Source: Nitrosospira multiformis ATCC 25196 (GTDB lineage Bacteria > Pseudomonadota > Gammaproteobacteria > Burkholderiales > Nitrosomonadaceae). From it: a stretch of 32,000 nt of DNA. The notes under the pieces were generated by a model that made no database searches, was not told where the DNA came from, and was given only the letters and a program-made list of their open reading frames with translations. The DNA lies in contig NC_007614.1 in assembly GCF_000196355.1 (NCBI RefSeq), forward strand, positions 2,580,001 to 2,612,000. The letters are read 5' to 3'. Of the stretch, positions 1 through 11,594 are shown piece after piece; within the stretch, counting starts at the first letter, position 1; the number at the start of each line of letters is the position of its first letter. Both the position numbers and the translations under genes were made by a program.

Positions 1-599
1 CTGGCCTGAGTCTCGGCATCCGGCTCATCCATATTCATCAGTTGAGCGATGCGATCCAGTTCATCGTTGTTCGCCTTAACGATATCGGCATGCCGCAGCG
101 ACCAGTCCAGTCGTTCGCCATAAATCCAGGGATCGCGCAGATTGACATCAAAAAAACGTTGGCCGCTGGTTGCACGCAGCATATGACGCAGAGCGCGATG
201 CGAGTCGGCGCGCTGAGCCAGCGTTCCGAAATAGACCATTTCCGGGTTTGCCGCGAGCGCAGCCATTCGTGCCAGACGTGGATGAATATGATCGTAAGCC
301 TGGTTAGGGACAATATCGAATCGATGCCCTTCCGCCCCCAGATGAACCGCTACCACGCCTGTAGGATAAACCGAGTCAAGCTGTATGCCATGCGTACTCA
401 ATCCGGCACTCTCCATCGTCTGCAACAGACGCGCCCCCTCCGCATCCTGGCCTATCCGACTTACAAGAACAGGCGCACAGCCAAAAGCGCGCAAATGGCA
501 GGCTACATTAAGAGGTGCGCCACCGAGCACGTCCCCGCCGGGGAACCGGTCTATCAGTATTTCGCCAAAAAGAAGCACTGAGTGACGAACCTCGATCAT
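1..599 (-). CDS. PfkB-family carbohydrate kinase (fructokinase-like), N-terminal part; 3' end lies beyond the window start
   Basis: Absent from the ORF track because it runs off the edge. Reverse-strand translation from ATG 599..597 (adjacent in-frame ATG at 602..600) reads MIEVRHSVLLFGEILIDRFPGGDVLGGAPLNVACHLRAFGCAPVLVSRIGQD... and stays open to position 1. LFGE-x-LID and GGAP-x-NVA form the N-terminal PfkB/ribokinase-family signature. Listed + ORF 42..581 is its antisense shadow. Confidence 0.8.
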   Translation of the reverse strand, partial: MIEVRHSVLLFGEILIDRFPGGDVLGGAPLNVACHLRAFGCAPVLVSRIGQDAEGARLLQTMESAGLSTHGIQLDSVYPTGVVAVHLGAEGHRFDIVPNQAYDHIHPRLARMAALAANPEMVYFGTLAQRADSHRALRHMLRATSGQRFFDVNLRDPWIYGERLDWSLRHADIVKANNDELDRIAQLMNMDEPDAETQA

Positions 600-844
600 C
601 ATGATAGCTCGAAAAAAATCGTCGCGAATCTACTCCGGGTTCGCCGACGCACATGAGCGGGCCTTCCTTATACTTCCGTGTGAAGCCATGGGAAAAGAGG
701 GATATTGCCTGCTATACCAGCCCCTCCAGCAACGCCTGTCCGAAGCTTATTTAAAGCGGGTGCAATGGCACCGATTCAGAAGCTTATTACCTTCCTTTCC
801 TCGCTGTGAATAAAGGAAGAAGGAAGCATCAGGAGAAAATTCAG

Positions 845-871
845 GGAAAAAATGAAGAGCGCTGCGCTCTT
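845..871 (-). terminator. Putative Rho-independent terminator downstream of ubiE
   Basis: AAGAGCGC(855-862) / GCGCTCTT(864-871) is a GC-rich inverted repeat. Read on the minus strand it is followed by a T6 run (complement of A847-852). It lies ~140 nt downstream of the ubiE stop. Confidence 0.5.
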
Positions 872-1009
872 ATTTGTAATGATTACCGCTTCTTTTGCCT
901 CTTTTCCATCCCCTGTGAAACGGAGTGACCAACAATATTATCAGCTCCGGAAAGATTTCTGTGCAATAGCAGACATACGTCGCGAGCGCGCAACCAATGC
1001 TAACGGGTC

Positions 1010-1744
1010 CTAAAACTTGTATCCGCGGTGCAATGCTACGGCGTTTGCAGCAAGATTGAAATATTGCACGCGCTCGAATCCGGCTTTCTGCATCATTTGC
1101 TTCAACTCCTCCTGGCTTGGATGTACGCGAATGGATTCGGCAAGATACCGGTAGCTATCCCGGTCCTTTGCAACGAGACCCCCCATCGCGGGAAGCACCT
1201 TGAACGAGTAAAGGTCGTAGAGCCGTTGCAGGGGTTTCCATATCCTGGAGAATTCGAGCACGATAACGCAGCCCCCGGGACGTAATACGCGCAGCATCTC
1301 TTTCAGCGCGACATCCTTGTGCGTCATGTTCCTCAGACCAAAAGCAACGCTTACGCAGTCGAAGTAATTGGTAGGGAATGGCAGTTTTTCCGCGTCGCAT
1401 TGGGCAACCGGCACCGCAGTACCTTCATCCAGCAGGCGATCGCGACCAATGGTCAGCATGGAATTGTTGATGTCGGTCAGCCACACCTCTCCCCTGCTCC
1501 CCACCTGCTCAAGGAAGAGCGAGCTCAGATCCGCCGTTCCCCCGGCAATATCCAGTACACGCTCCCCTGTCCGAACTCCGCTCACCTCAATCGCAAATCG
1601 TTTCCACAGACGATGCATGCCCCCCGACATGAGGTCATTCATCAGGTTGTAACGTTCCGCGACAGAATCAAACACACCTGCTACCTCGCGTGCTTTCTCC
1701 GTTTCCGACACGGTCTTAAAGCCGAAATGGGTAGTTCTCGTCAT
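1010..1744 (-). CDS. ubiE: Ubiquinone/menaquinone biosynthesis C-methyltransferase UbiE
   Basis: 244 aa. N-terminus [12 protein letters not shown]...[33 protein letters not shown] and SAM motif [12 protein letters not shown] are the classic UbiE/MenG pattern. Confidence 0.95.
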   Translation of the reverse strand: MTRTTHFGFKTVSETEKAREVAGVFDSVAERYNLMNDLMSGGMHRLWKRFAIEVSGVRTGERVLDIAGGTADLSSLFLEQVGSRGEVWLTDINNSMLTIGRDRLLDEGTAVPVAQCDAEKLPFPTNYFDCVSVAFGLRNMTHKDVALKEMLRVLRPGGCVIVLEFSRIWKPLQRLYDLYSFKVLPAMGGLVAKDRDSYRYLAESIRVHPSQEELKQMMQKAGFERVQYFNLAANAVALHRGYKF

Positions 1745-1799
1745 CGATATTCAAACTTAAATAAAGGGTAAAGGGAGAAGAAGCCTTGTTCCGGATAGC

Positions 1800-2219
1800 T
1801 CAGCTTTTTACCGCTGGTTTCCCGTTCCAGTCCGATAAATACCCGGGCCGTTCCCGACTGGCTCCCGCTTCTTCCATTCGGCGCAGGTAGCGCTGCCACA
1901 TTTCATCCTGGTGCAGCCCATACTCGTAGAGCAGATCCCAGGAATAAAGCCCGGTATTATGGCCATCAGAAAACGTCAGTTGGATCGCATAGTTGCCTAC
2001 CGGATCGATACGATTGATATTCACCTCTTTCTTGCCGGTCTGCAGCACTTCCTGGCCGGGACCATGACCTCGCACTTCTGCCGAAGGCGAATACACCCGC
2101 AGGAACTCGCTGGTGTACCGGAAAGTCTTCCCATCGCTGAAAGTGATTTCCAGCAGCCGTGATTTTCGGTGCAGTTTGATTTCAACGGGAACAGGCGTGT
2201 TTTTACTCAAGCCGGCCAT
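1800..2219 (-). CDS. DUF971 family protein (gamma-butyrobetaine hydroxylase-like N-terminal domain)
   Basis: 139 aa, LEITFSDGKTFRYTSEFLRVYSPSAEVRGHG...IDPVGNYAIQLTFSDGHNTGLYSWDLLY. GGAGAAAGG Shine-Dalgarno before the ATG. Sits immediately upstream of ubiE, a commonly seen pairing. Confidence 0.85.
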   Translation of the reverse strand: MAGLSKNTPVPVEIKLHRKSRLLEITFSDGKTFRYTSEFLRVYSPSAEVRGHGPGQEVLQTGKKEVNINRIDPVGNYAIQLTFSDGHNTGLYSWDLLYEYGLHQDEMWQRYLRRMEEAGASRERPGYLSDWNGKPAVKS

Positions 2220-2562
2220 TGCCTTTCTCCAGTTTGATCCCGGTGAGGAATGGCGAATGATAAACCAGTAGGAGCCAAACTAAAACCTTGACGGCAAATT
2301 GGATGTGATTTTCAGCAGAAAAACCAGGGGCAAAAGGGAAGTATTCGGAAATAGACCGGCAGGATTCCAGCGATCTCCGACAGTTAAAAGAACCGCCTGT
2401 CCGCCCTCACCTTTGCCATTGGCGCGCTGAGGATCAATGCAAATTATCTGCCGACAAGATCCTGTGCAGCGTATGCGACTTTCACTGTTCCTCGTCGTTG
2501 TGCGAGGCTACCTTTCCCATTCACCTCGCAGCAATTTTAAAGCGCCGGTGGCGCAGGGCCGC

Positions 2563-3075
2563 TCACGGAAAGGCGGGCTGTTTCGGTTCGGTTCCTTCAA
2601 TCTCTATAGTAGGCAAATGATTTTTTATGCGCGCCTCGATCTCCTCGACACGACCTTTTGGCACATCAGCCAGCACAAGCAGCTGACCTGCCTCGATCGC
2701 CTGTTCAAACTGCTTAATTCTAGAGCTTGCCGTACTCACACCAATCAGGCTTCCCGCCCAGGCGCCGACACCTGCTCCTGCAAGCGCGCTTCCCAGCACG
2801 ATACCCCCGGCGATTACCGTGGATGCCGGCGGCAGAACGACCGCAACCAGTCCGGCCAGGGCGCCCGCGGTACCGCCTACCGCCAGTCCCCTTTCCACCG
2901 CGGGAATGAAATCGGTCTTCTGCAACAGGTTGGCCTCCGGCAGATCCTCGAGCTCGGTACCGCGCCTGGCGACCACATGAATGTGTTTTTCCTCTATTCG
3001 GGATAGAAGCAACTCATCGACAATGCGCTTGGTCGTCGGAATGTCGGGAACCAGAAAGTATATTCTTCGCATCAT
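2563..3075 (-). CDS. Hypothetical membrane protein with a glycine-zipper hydrophobic core
   Basis: I place the start at MMRRIYFLVPD (ATG 3075..3073), preceded by AGGAG; the track ORF starts further upstream at 3108. The central Gly/Ala-rich segment GLAVGGTAGALAGLVAVVLPPASTVIAGGIVLGSALAGAGVGAWAGSLIG is flanked by two small soluble segments. No family recognised with certainty. Confidence 0.65.
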   Translation of the reverse strand: MMRRIYFLVPDIPTTKRIVDELLLSRIEEKHIHVVARRGTELEDLPEANLLQKTDFIPAVERGLAVGGTAGALAGLVAVVLPPASTVIAGGIVLGSALAGAGVGAWAGSLIGVSTASSRIKQFEQAIEAGQLLVLADVPKGRVEEIEARIKNHLPTIEIEGTEPKQPAFP

Positions 3076-3280
3076 GATCTCCTGATAGTAGTTAACAAGG
3101 CAAATCACCAGCGTGCAGAATATTCAAAATATTCAAAACCGGCTGATTTCAGCATAGGACAGGCCAACCGAAAAAGCAAACCGGCACTCCGAGCGGGGAT
3201 AAGAAAATGAGGGATACCGATTATTCATACCTCGTTTTCGTACCTCATTTGTAAGTCGCCCGCTTCCTCCTGCATACTAG

Positions 3281-4438
<1,158 letters not shown>

Positions 4439-4475
4439 TCTGTACGGTTTCCGTTAACCGCAAAGGTTTGTATCC

Positions 4476-5345
4476 ATGAATCAGAATCCAGAGGAGTTGC
4501 AATTTCTCTCATCGCATCGTTCGTTCGACGGATGGCAAAAACGCTACAGACACTTTTCGCCATCGCTGAACTGCGAAATGAATTTTTCCATCTATCTTCC
4601 ACCGGCGACAGACCAGGGCGAAAAGGTGCCCGCTGTCTACTGGCTGTCCGGCTTGACCTGCACGGACGAGAACTTCACGATTAAGGCCGGGGCGCAGCGA
4701 GGGGCGGCAGAATATGGCATCGCGCTGATCATGCCAGATACCAGTCCGCGGGGAGAAAAAGTGGCGCGAGCAATCGATCATGCCTACGACTTGGGCCTGG
4801 GCGCGGGTTTCTACGTGAATGCCACGCAGGAGCCATGGAGCCGGCATTACCGGATGTATGACTATATCGTCGATGAGTTGCCGGCCCTGATGGAGAAACA
4901 CTTTCCACTCGATGACCGGCGATCGATCAGCGGTCATTCGATGGGGGGGCATGGCGCTTTGATGATCGCCTTGCGCAATCCGCAGCGCTATCGGTCAGTA
5001 TCCGCCTTTTCACCTATTGTGAATCCCACCACCAGTCCGTGGGGCATAAAGGCTTTCAGTCACTATCTGGGAGATGACGTCAAGAACTGGTGGAACTATG
5101 ACGCCTCTTTGCTTATAGAATCTGCACGTCCACGGGAGTATCTCCCCATGCTGATCGACCAGGGGTCTGCTGATGAGTTTCTGGCCGAGCAACTGAAAAT
5201 CGAACGCTTTATCGCAGCATGTAATACAGCGAATTACCCTGTGCAAATCAACATGCGCGAAGGCTACGATCATAGCTATTTCTTTATCAGCACGTTTATC
5301 GGAGAGCACTTGCGTTTTCACGCACGCGCCCTCAAGAATCCTTGA
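4476..5345 (+). CDS. fghA: S-formylglutathione hydrolase (esterase D family)
   Basis: 289 aa with nucleophile elbow GHSMGGHGAL and the DQGSADEF and YDHSYFFI motifs. Directly downstream of adhC, the conserved glutathione-dependent formaldehyde detoxification pair. Confidence 0.93.
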   Translation: MNQNPEELQFLSSHRSFDGWQKRYRHFSPSLNCEMNFSIYLPPATDQGEKVPAVYWLSGLTCTDENFTIKAGAQRGAAEYGIALIMPDTSPRGEKVARAIDHAYDLGLGAGFYVNATQEPWSRHYRMYDYIVDELPALMEKHFPLDDRRSISGHSMGGHGALMIALRNPQRYRSVSAFSPIVNPTTSPWGIKAFSHYLGDDVKNWWNYDASLLIESARPREYLPMLIDQGSADEFLAEQLKIERFIAACNTANYPVQINMREGYDHSYFFISTFIGEHLRFHARALKNP

Positions 5346-5521
5346 ATAGATTTCCTGAACCTGTAAACGGAATATTCCCGTCCCCATCCCCTACGATAAG
5401 GGTGCGACAATTTGCCACATTCCCAGAGGGGTGAAAATCCATTATTCTGCCTGTGACTTCTCCTTGAAGTTGCCAGTAGTAGTACCGTGTTTGTTTTACG
5501 CATTATTTTCCTTCTACATTT

Positions 5522-5568
5522 GGGCTCGTCACACATCACCCCACGTGTCACGAGCCCTTTTCTTTTTC
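5522..5568 (+). terminator. Rho-independent terminator
   Basis: GGGCTCGT(5522-5529) pairs with ACGAGCCC(5550-5557), with inner ACAC/GTGT pairing, followed by TTTTCTTTTTC (5558-5568). Lies ~175 nt after the fghA stop. Confidence 0.6.
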
Positions 5569-5739
5569 TGATAATGCCCTAGAGAGCGACTGTTCTCTAC
5601 CCGAACCCACTGAATCCACCCTGTCAATGAGAATTCCCCCTGTCCGAAAGAGTCGGATCATACGCCTCCCAGCCTGAGGCAGCGCGCTGCTTCCTGTATA
5701 ATCCTTTTTATTCCCTTCATACTTTGAAAGCATTTTTTC

Positions 5740-6844
5740 ATGGAAGCAGAACACGTCAACGCTCTCACCCACCAGCTCGGCGATCTGGATAGCCGGGCAG
5801 CAGAACTGCGGAGGTATCTTTGACTTCGATACCCAGAAAACACGCCTGACCGAGCTTAACCGGCTGACGGAAGATCCCGCTGTCTGGGATGACAACAAGC
5901 GTGCCCAGGAATTGGGGCGCGAAAAAAAAATCCTGGAAAGCGTGGTCATCAACCTGGAAACAATTTCCCGCCAGCTACAGGATGCGCGGGAGCTGTTCGA
6001 GATGGCGGAAGAAGAGGATGACGATGCCACTCTTCAAAGCGTGGCGCGCGACATCAGTCATTTGGAAAAAGCAGTGTCGGACATGGAATTCCGACGCATG
6101 TTTTCCAATCCCATGGATACGAATAACTGCTTCGTGGATATCCAGTCGGGCTCGGGCGGCACTGAAGCGCAGGACTGGGCTGCCATGTTGGAGCGCATGT
6201 ACTTGCGTTATTGCGAGCGCCGCGGTTACCAGGTGGAAGTAATGGAAGAATCGCCGGGAGAAGTGGCGGGAATCAAGAGCGCGAGCCTCAAAATATCGGG
6301 GGAGTATGCCTATGGCTACCTTCGGACCGAAACCGGCGTTCACCGCCTTGTCCGCAAATCCCCATTCGATTCCGGCAATCGCCGTCACACCTCGTTTGCA
6401 AGCGTATTCGTCTATCCGGAGGTGGATGAAACCATCGAAATCGACATTAACCCGGCGGACCTGCGGGTTGATACCTTTCGTGCTTCCGGGGCGGGTGGAC
6501 AGCACATCAACAAGACTGACTCGGCAGTCCGGATTACACATAACCCTACCGGTATCGTCGTTCAATGCCAAAGCGGTCGTTCCCAGCATCGTAATCGCGC
6601 GGATGCGATGGCGATGCTGAAATCGCGCCTTTATGAAGCGGAACTGCGCAAACGCAATGAGGAAAAGCAGGCGATAGAAGATACGAAAACCGATATCGGC
6701 TGGGGACATCAGATCCGCTCCTATGTGTTGGACCAGGCGCGCATCAAGGACCTGCGAACGGGGGTGGAAAGCGGCAACACCCAGGCTATCCTCGACGGGG
6801 ATCTGGATGATTTTATCGAAGCAAGCTTGAAACAAGGCGTATAA
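5740..6844 (+). CDS. prfB: Peptide chain release factor 2, requiring a programmed +1 frameshift (join 5740..5820, 5822..6844)
   Basis: Frame 0: [27 protein letters not shown] then TGA (5821-5823). The +1 frame continues [39 protein letters not shown]... into track ORF 5912..6844, which carries SPF (KSPFDS) and [16 protein letters not shown]. Confidence 0.95.
5810..5824 (+). promoter_or_regulatory. RF2 autoregulatory +1 frameshift site
   Basis: GGAGG TAT CTT TGA C: an internal Shine-Dalgarno-like GGAGG (5810-5814), slippery CTT (5818-5820), and the weak stop context TGA-C. This is the canonical prfB recoding signal. Confidence 0.9.
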
Positions 6845-6859
6845 AAGGACCGATCGGAG

Positions 6860-8383
6860 ATGGATGAGGCTTTAGAGAAAGATTCGGAGGAAACGAATCG
6901 GTTTCAGGCAGAGATCAGGCTCGTCGAGGAGCGGCGAGCAAAACTGGATGCGCTGCGTGCAACGGGCAATGCCTTTCCCAATGACTTTCCCCGCGAACAT
7001 TTTTCGGCGGACCTTCATAACACGTATAGCGAACACTCCACCGAAACACTGGAGGCAGAACCGGTACCCGTGCGCGTGGCTGGCCGGATGGTCCTCAAGC
7101 GGGTCATGGGCAAGGCAAGCTTTGCCACCCTGCAGGATATGCGCGGTCGCATCCAGCTTTACATTGCAAAGGATGTAGCGGGCGACAGCGCTTATGGCGC
7201 ATTCAGGCATTATGATCTTGGGGACATATTGGGTGCGGAGGGTACACTGTTTCGGACCCGCACCGGGGAGTTGTCGGTACGGGTGACAAACCTGAGATTG
7301 CTCACGAAATCGCTGCGCCCACTGCCGGAAAAATTTCATGGTCTGAGCGACCAGGAGCAGAAGTACCGCCAGCGCTATCTCGACCTCATCACGAATGAAA
7401 GCAGTCGCAAGGTGTTTATCGCGCGCTCCAGGATCATCCAGGCCATCCGCGAATTTCTGGTCGGGCATGGCTATCTGGAAGTCGAAACGCCCATGATGCA
7501 TCCTATCCCGGGGGGGGCGGCTGCACGCCCTTTCATCACGCATCACAACGCGCTGGACATGCAGTTGTATCTGCGTATCGCACCCGAGCTTTATCTCAAG
7601 CGTCTGGTAATAGGCGGATTGGAAAAAGTATTCGAAATAAACCGCAGCTTCAGGAATGAGGGGATTTCCACTCGGCATAACCCCGAATTCACGATGCTGG
7701 AGTTTTACGAGGCCTACCGGGACTATGCGTATCTGATGGATCTTACCGAAGCTCTGTTGCGGGAAGTAACGCTAAAGGTGCTGGGCGCTGCCAGCTTCAC
7801 GTATCAGGAGCGCGAGCTGGATCTGGCCCAGCCCTTCGCGCGCCTGACCATCACCGAGGCTATCCGGAAATTTCATCCCGAATATACGGAGGCGCAGCTC
7901 GACGATCGTGCATTCCTGATCGACAAGTTGCAGGAACTCGGAATTCCTTATAAACCCGGGGACGGCGTAGGCGGATTACAGCTTACCCTGTTTGATGAAA
8001 CTACCGAGCATCTGCTGTTCGACCCTACCTTCATTGTCGATTATCCGGCGGAAGTCTCGCCGCTTGCGCGTCGCAACGACAGGAATCCGGCAATAACCGA
8101 CCGGTTTGAGCTCTATATAGCCGGGCGTGAGATTGCAAACGGATTCTCAGAGCTGAATGATCCGGAGGATCAGGCGGTGCGCTTCCTGGAGCAGGCAAGA
8201 GCCAAGGAAGCAGGCGATGCGGAAGCCATGCACTACGATGCCGATTATATCCGCGCCCTCGAATATGGCCTGCCTCCCACCGCCGGGGAAGGCATCGGCA
8301 TCGATCGGCTGGTCATGCTCCTGACCAATAGCCCGAGTATCCGCGATGTCATTCTGTTCCCCCAATTGCGGCGGGAGGATTGA
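6860..8383 (+). CDS. lysS: Lysine--tRNA ligase, class II
   Basis: 507 aa with class II motifs ([20 protein letters not shown]; [19 protein letters not shown]; [13 protein letters not shown]). Conserved prfB-lysS arrangement. Confidence 0.96.
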   Translation: MDEALEKDSEETNRFQAEIRLVEERRAKLDALRATGNAFPNDFPREHFSADLHNTYSEHSTETLEAEPVPVRVAGRMVLKRVMGKASFATLQDMRGRIQLYIAKDVAGDSAYGAFRHYDLGDILGAEGTLFRTRTGELSVRVTNLRLLTKSLRPLPEKFHGLSDQEQKYRQRYLDLITNESSRKVFIARSRIIQAIREFLVGHGYLEVETPMMHPIPGGAAARPFITHHNALDMQLYLRIAPELYLKRLVIGGLEKVFEINRSFRNEGISTRHNPEFTMLEFYEAYRDYAYLMDLTEALLREVTLKVLGAASFTYQERELDLAQPFARLTITEAIRKFHPEYTEAQLDDRAFLIDKLQELGIPYKPGDGVGGLQLTLFDETTEHLLFDPTFIVDYPAEVSPLARRNDRNPAITDRFELYIAGREIANGFSELNDPEDQAVRFLEQARAKEAGDAEAMHYDADYIRALEYGLPPTAGEGIGIDRLVMLLTNSPSIRDVILFPQLRRED

Positions 8384-8852
8384 ATCTCGATCGTTTTCGG
8401 CTGTCCAGGGCCTGTTTTTTGAAAGGCTGCGTAACAAATACACTCTTCAATCTACTCTTCAGGCAGCTGAACTGCTCCTGACCTCATCTGGCGGAGCTTG
8501 AGTTTTGCCTCAACAGCGCTGGATGCAGCATTCCCGGGCTTGCTTTCCCCAAGCTTGTCCGCATCGGGAAACGCATTTCATCCTTCGCCATCTTTTTCAG
8601 GGTGAACGATGAAACCATCTGCCTGAACCTTTTACTCCATTCCCTGCCAAAGTTTAGATACCATGCCCGGGTATTCGCAATCTGTGGAGCAAAATGAAGG
8701 TTCATCGAATTCGCATTGAGAAAATTCGGAACACATTACAAACCCTTGCAGGTGGGGCGCGGGCGCGAGCAAGTGACGAAAGGCAGGCCATTCCGAGGAA
8801 TATGACAGCTAAGGGGGTGTAACAATTAAGGGAATTTGACAACCGAAGGGAT

Positions 8853-8881
8853 TTGACATATACCCCTATAGGGTATAAAGT
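8853..8881 (+). promoter_or_regulatory. Putative copA promoter with an embedded CsoR-type palindromic operator
   Basis: TTGACA (8853-8858), a 17-nt spacer, then TAAAGT (8876-8881). The spacer is filled by the inverted repeat TATACCC-CTATA-GGGTATA (8859-8877, 7-5-7 perfect). A csoR-family gene closes the same operon. Confidence 0.6.
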
Positions 8882-8908
8882 TTGGCTGACCGTTTTGGAG
8901 ACGCCATC

Positions 8909-11314
8909 ATGAGTTCTCTTACTCTCAGGCATATCGAACTGCCCATCGAAGGCATGACTTGTGCAGCATGCGCGACCCGGATCGAAAAAAACCTCAACAA
9001 GCTCCCCGGTGTCCAGGCAGCAGTAAACTTCGCCAACGAAAAAGCCCGGATCGAATTTGACACTTCGGCCACTCAGCCGCAAGACCTGGTCCACTCCATT
9101 GAAAAAGCAGGTTTTCATGTCGCCCCTCAGTCGGTGCAATTGCAAATCACTGGCATGACCTGCGCGGCATGCAGTGGGCGGATCGAGAAGGCATTGAGCA
9201 AGCTTCCCGGTGTTGCCGCCTCCGTCAATCTGGCAACTGAAACAGCGCATGTCAGTTACAACCCCGCCATGGAAACGGTGGAAGATATCATCAACGCTGT
9301 CGTCAAAACCGGCTATGGCGCCCGGGAACTCAGCGATACCAGTCGTGCCGAAGAGAAAGCCCGCAAGCTGGCTGCCTATCAGGCGGAGCTTCGCATGTTC
9401 TGGATTTCCGTGGCACTCAGCGCGCCGCTGCTGGTGCAGATGGGGCCGATGTTCTGGGGCGGTGAGATGGAACTGCTGCCGCGCTGGCTCCAGTTGCTGC
9501 TGGCCACGCCGGTACAGTTCTGGATAGGCAAGCGCTTCTATGTGGGTGCCTGGCACGCATTGCGGGGTGGTGGCGCGAATATGGATGTACTCGTCGCGCT
9601 GGGCACCAGCATGGCTTATCTTTTCAGCGCGATGGTCACTTTGCTGGGGTTGGATCAGCATGTCTATTTCGAAGCGAGCACGGCCATCATCACTCTGGTG
9701 CTGCTCGGAAAATTGATGGAAGCGCGTGCCAAAAGCAGGACTTCCGCCGCCATCGAGGAACTTGTCAAGCTGCAACCCAGGACCGCGCGTGTGGAGCGCA
9801 ACGGCGAGATCATCGAGGTGGACGTGAGTACGCTCGAGGTGGGGGATATTTTTCTGGTGCGCCCGGGCGAGAGCCTGCCGGTAGACGGCGTCGTCCTCGA
9901 AGGCGCATCCAGCATAAACGAAGCGATGCTGACGGGGGAAAGCCTCCCCGTGGCGAAGCAGGCCGGCGCCACGGTATACGCCGCCACTGTAAACCAGCAG
10001 GGCATGCTGAAATGCCGCGCTACGGGCGTCGGCGCACATACCCAGCTCGCCGCCATTATTCGCCTGGTTGAGGAAGCCCAAGGCTCGAAAGCGCCTATCC
10101 AGCGCCTCGCGGACACCATATCCGGTATCTTCGTGCCAATCGTGACTGCCATCAGCGCCCTGACTTTTATCCTGACATGGTGGCTGGCGGGCAACTTTGT
10201 CCCGGCCCTGGTCAGCGCCGTGGCGGTACTGGTGATCGCCTGTCCCTGCGCCCTTGGACTGGCGACCCCGACCGCCATCATGGTAGGCGTGGGCCGCGGC
10301 GCGCAGAGCGGCGTACTGGTCAAGAATGCCGCAGCGCTCGAGCATGCCGGAAAAATCGAGACGCTCATCCTGGACAAGACAGGGACGCTCACCGAAGGGA
10401 AACCAGCGCTTACAGATGTCGTTACTGCCGGATCCTTTACAGAACGAGAACTGATGCGTGTTGCGACGGCCCTTGAACAGGGTTCGGAACACCCTCTGGC
10501 AAAAGCAGTCATGGAACATGCCAGCAAAACGGGTATTCAACCGGAATCTGTAACGAATTTTCAGGCTGTCACCGGCAGCGGCATCACTGGCAATATTGGC
10601 GATACCGGGTATATTCTCGGCTCACCTGGATTCCTGCGGGAACACGGGGCGCGGATTGATGAGAACGCGGTATCCGCTCTCCAGTCCGAAGGCAAGACGG
10701 TTATAGGTCTTGCCGCCGTGAAGACGCCTTCTGACAAGGAATCCGCCGAGGTGCTGGGCTATCTCGCCATCGCCGACCAGCTCCGGATAACTTCAGCACG
10801 GGCGGTGGCGCGATTAAAAGCGATGGGTATCGAGGTTGTGATGCTCACCGGCGACAATGCGCCAACCGCGGCTGCAATCGCAGGGCAGGCGGGGATAACC
10901 GCGTATCGGGCCGAAGTGCTGCCGCAGGACAAGGCTGCAGAGGTGGGCAAGTTGAAGGAAAGTGGCAAAGTTACGGGCATGGTGGGCGATGGAATCAATG
11001 ACGCGCCCGCACTGGCAATGGCTGACGTAAGTTTTGCCATCGGCGCGGGTTCGGATGTTGCGATCGAGGCAGCCGACATCACCCTCATGCGCGATGATTT
11101 GATGAGTGTGGTCGACGCCATCTCGCTTTCGCGCAGGACATTGGGAAAAATCCGGCAGAACCTTTTCTTTGCCTTTTTCTACAATGTCCTGGGCATCCCG
11201 CTTGCAGCAATGGGTCTGCTCAACCCTGTCATTGCAGGTGCGGCGATGGCAATGAGCTCGGTGTCGGTGGTAAGCAATTCGCTGTTGTTGAAGCGCTGGC
11301 GTGCCAGTGCCTGA
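8909..11314 (+). CDS. copA: Copper-translocating P1B-type ATPase
   Basis: Two N-terminal HMA domains ([24 protein letters not shown]), TM CPC motif ([12 protein letters not shown]), DKTGTLT, and [14 protein letters not shown] 8 nt upstream favours ATG 8909; the track ORF starts at a TTG at 8882. Confidence 0.95.
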   Translation: MSSLTLRHIELPIEGMTCAACATRIEKNLNKLPGVQAAVNFANEKARIEFDTSATQPQDLVHSIEKAGFHVAPQSVQLQITGMTCAACSGRIEKALSKLPGVAASVNLATETAHVSYNPAMETVEDIINAVVKTGYGARELSDTSRAEEKARKLAAYQAELRMFWISVALSAPLLVQMGPMFWGGEMELLPRWLQLLLATPVQFWIGKRFYVGAWHALRGGGANMDVLVALGTSMAYLFSAMVTLLGLDQHVYFEASTAIITLVLLGKLMEARAKSRTSAAIEELVKLQPRTARVERNGEIIEVDVSTLEVGDIFLVRPGESLPVDGVVLEGASSINEAMLTGESLPVAKQAGATVYAATVNQQGMLKCRATGVGAHTQLAAIIRLVEEAQGSKAPIQRLADTISGIFVPIVTAISALTFILTWWLAGNFVPALVSAVAVLVIACPCALGLATPTAIMVGVGRGAQSGVLVKNAAALEHAGKIETLILDKTGTLTEGKPALTDVVTAGSFTERELMRVATALEQGSEHPLAKAVMEHASKTGIQPESVTNFQAVTGSGITGNIGDTGYILGSPGFLREHGARIDENAVSALQSEGKTVIGLAAVKTPSDKESAEVLGYLAIADQLRITSARAVARLKAMGIEVVMLTGDNAPTAAAIAGQAGITAYRAEVLPQDKAAEVGKLKESGKVTGMVGDGINDAPALAMADVSFAIGAGSDVAIEAADITLMRDDLMSVVDAISLSRRTLGKIRQNLFFAFFYNVLGIPLAAMGLLNPVIAGAAMAMSSVSVVSNSLLLKRWRASA

Positions 11315-11368
11315 GCTTCAGCACCTGATGAGAGGCTAATAACCTCAGCCAACCAAAGGAGGCAGGAA

Positions 11369-11578
11369 ATGCAAGCAGAAGTCGTAAAAATCAAAGGAAT
11401 GACCTGCATGGGCTGTGTCAATAGCGTGAAGAATGTGCTGGAAAAGATACCTGGCGTGAGCAATGCAAATGTCTCTCTGGAACAGCAGCAGGTGACCATC
11501 GAGTATGATGCTTCCAGGGCTCATACCGATCAATTCAGAGAGGCGATCAAGGATGCGGGCTTTGAAGTCGAAAACTGA
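11369..11578 (+). CDS. copZ: Heavy-metal-associated domain copper chaperone
   Basis: 69 aa, KIKGMTCMGCVNSVKNVLEKIPGV (MxCxxC ferredoxin-like HMA fold). AAAGGAGG Shine-Dalgarno. Confidence 0.9.
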   Translation: MQAEVVKIKGMTCMGCVNSVKNVLEKIPGVSNANVSLEQQQVTIEYDASRAHTDQFREAIKDAGFEVEN

Positions 11579-11594
11579 GAAGAAACCTTGCCAC

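Noticed and set aside
852-1013. 53-codon + strand ORF (MKSAALLFVMITASFASFPSPVKR...) with a signal-peptide-like N-terminus.
   Set aside because: Its start codon is embedded in the hairpin and T-tract that reads as the ubiE terminator on the other strand. It has a weak SD, its 3' end overlaps the ubiE stop, and it has no recognisable family. It is kept only as a very low-probability small protein.
8394-8421. Possible lysS terminator (GGCTGTCCAGGGCC followed by TGTTTTTT).
   Set aside because: The T-run is good, but the best stem I can draw is only ~4 bp including a G-U pair, which is too weak to call.
8484-8705. 73-aa minus-strand ORF in the lysS-copA gap.
   Set aside because: No Shine-Dalgarno, no recognisable motifs, and a composition that looks like random sequence.
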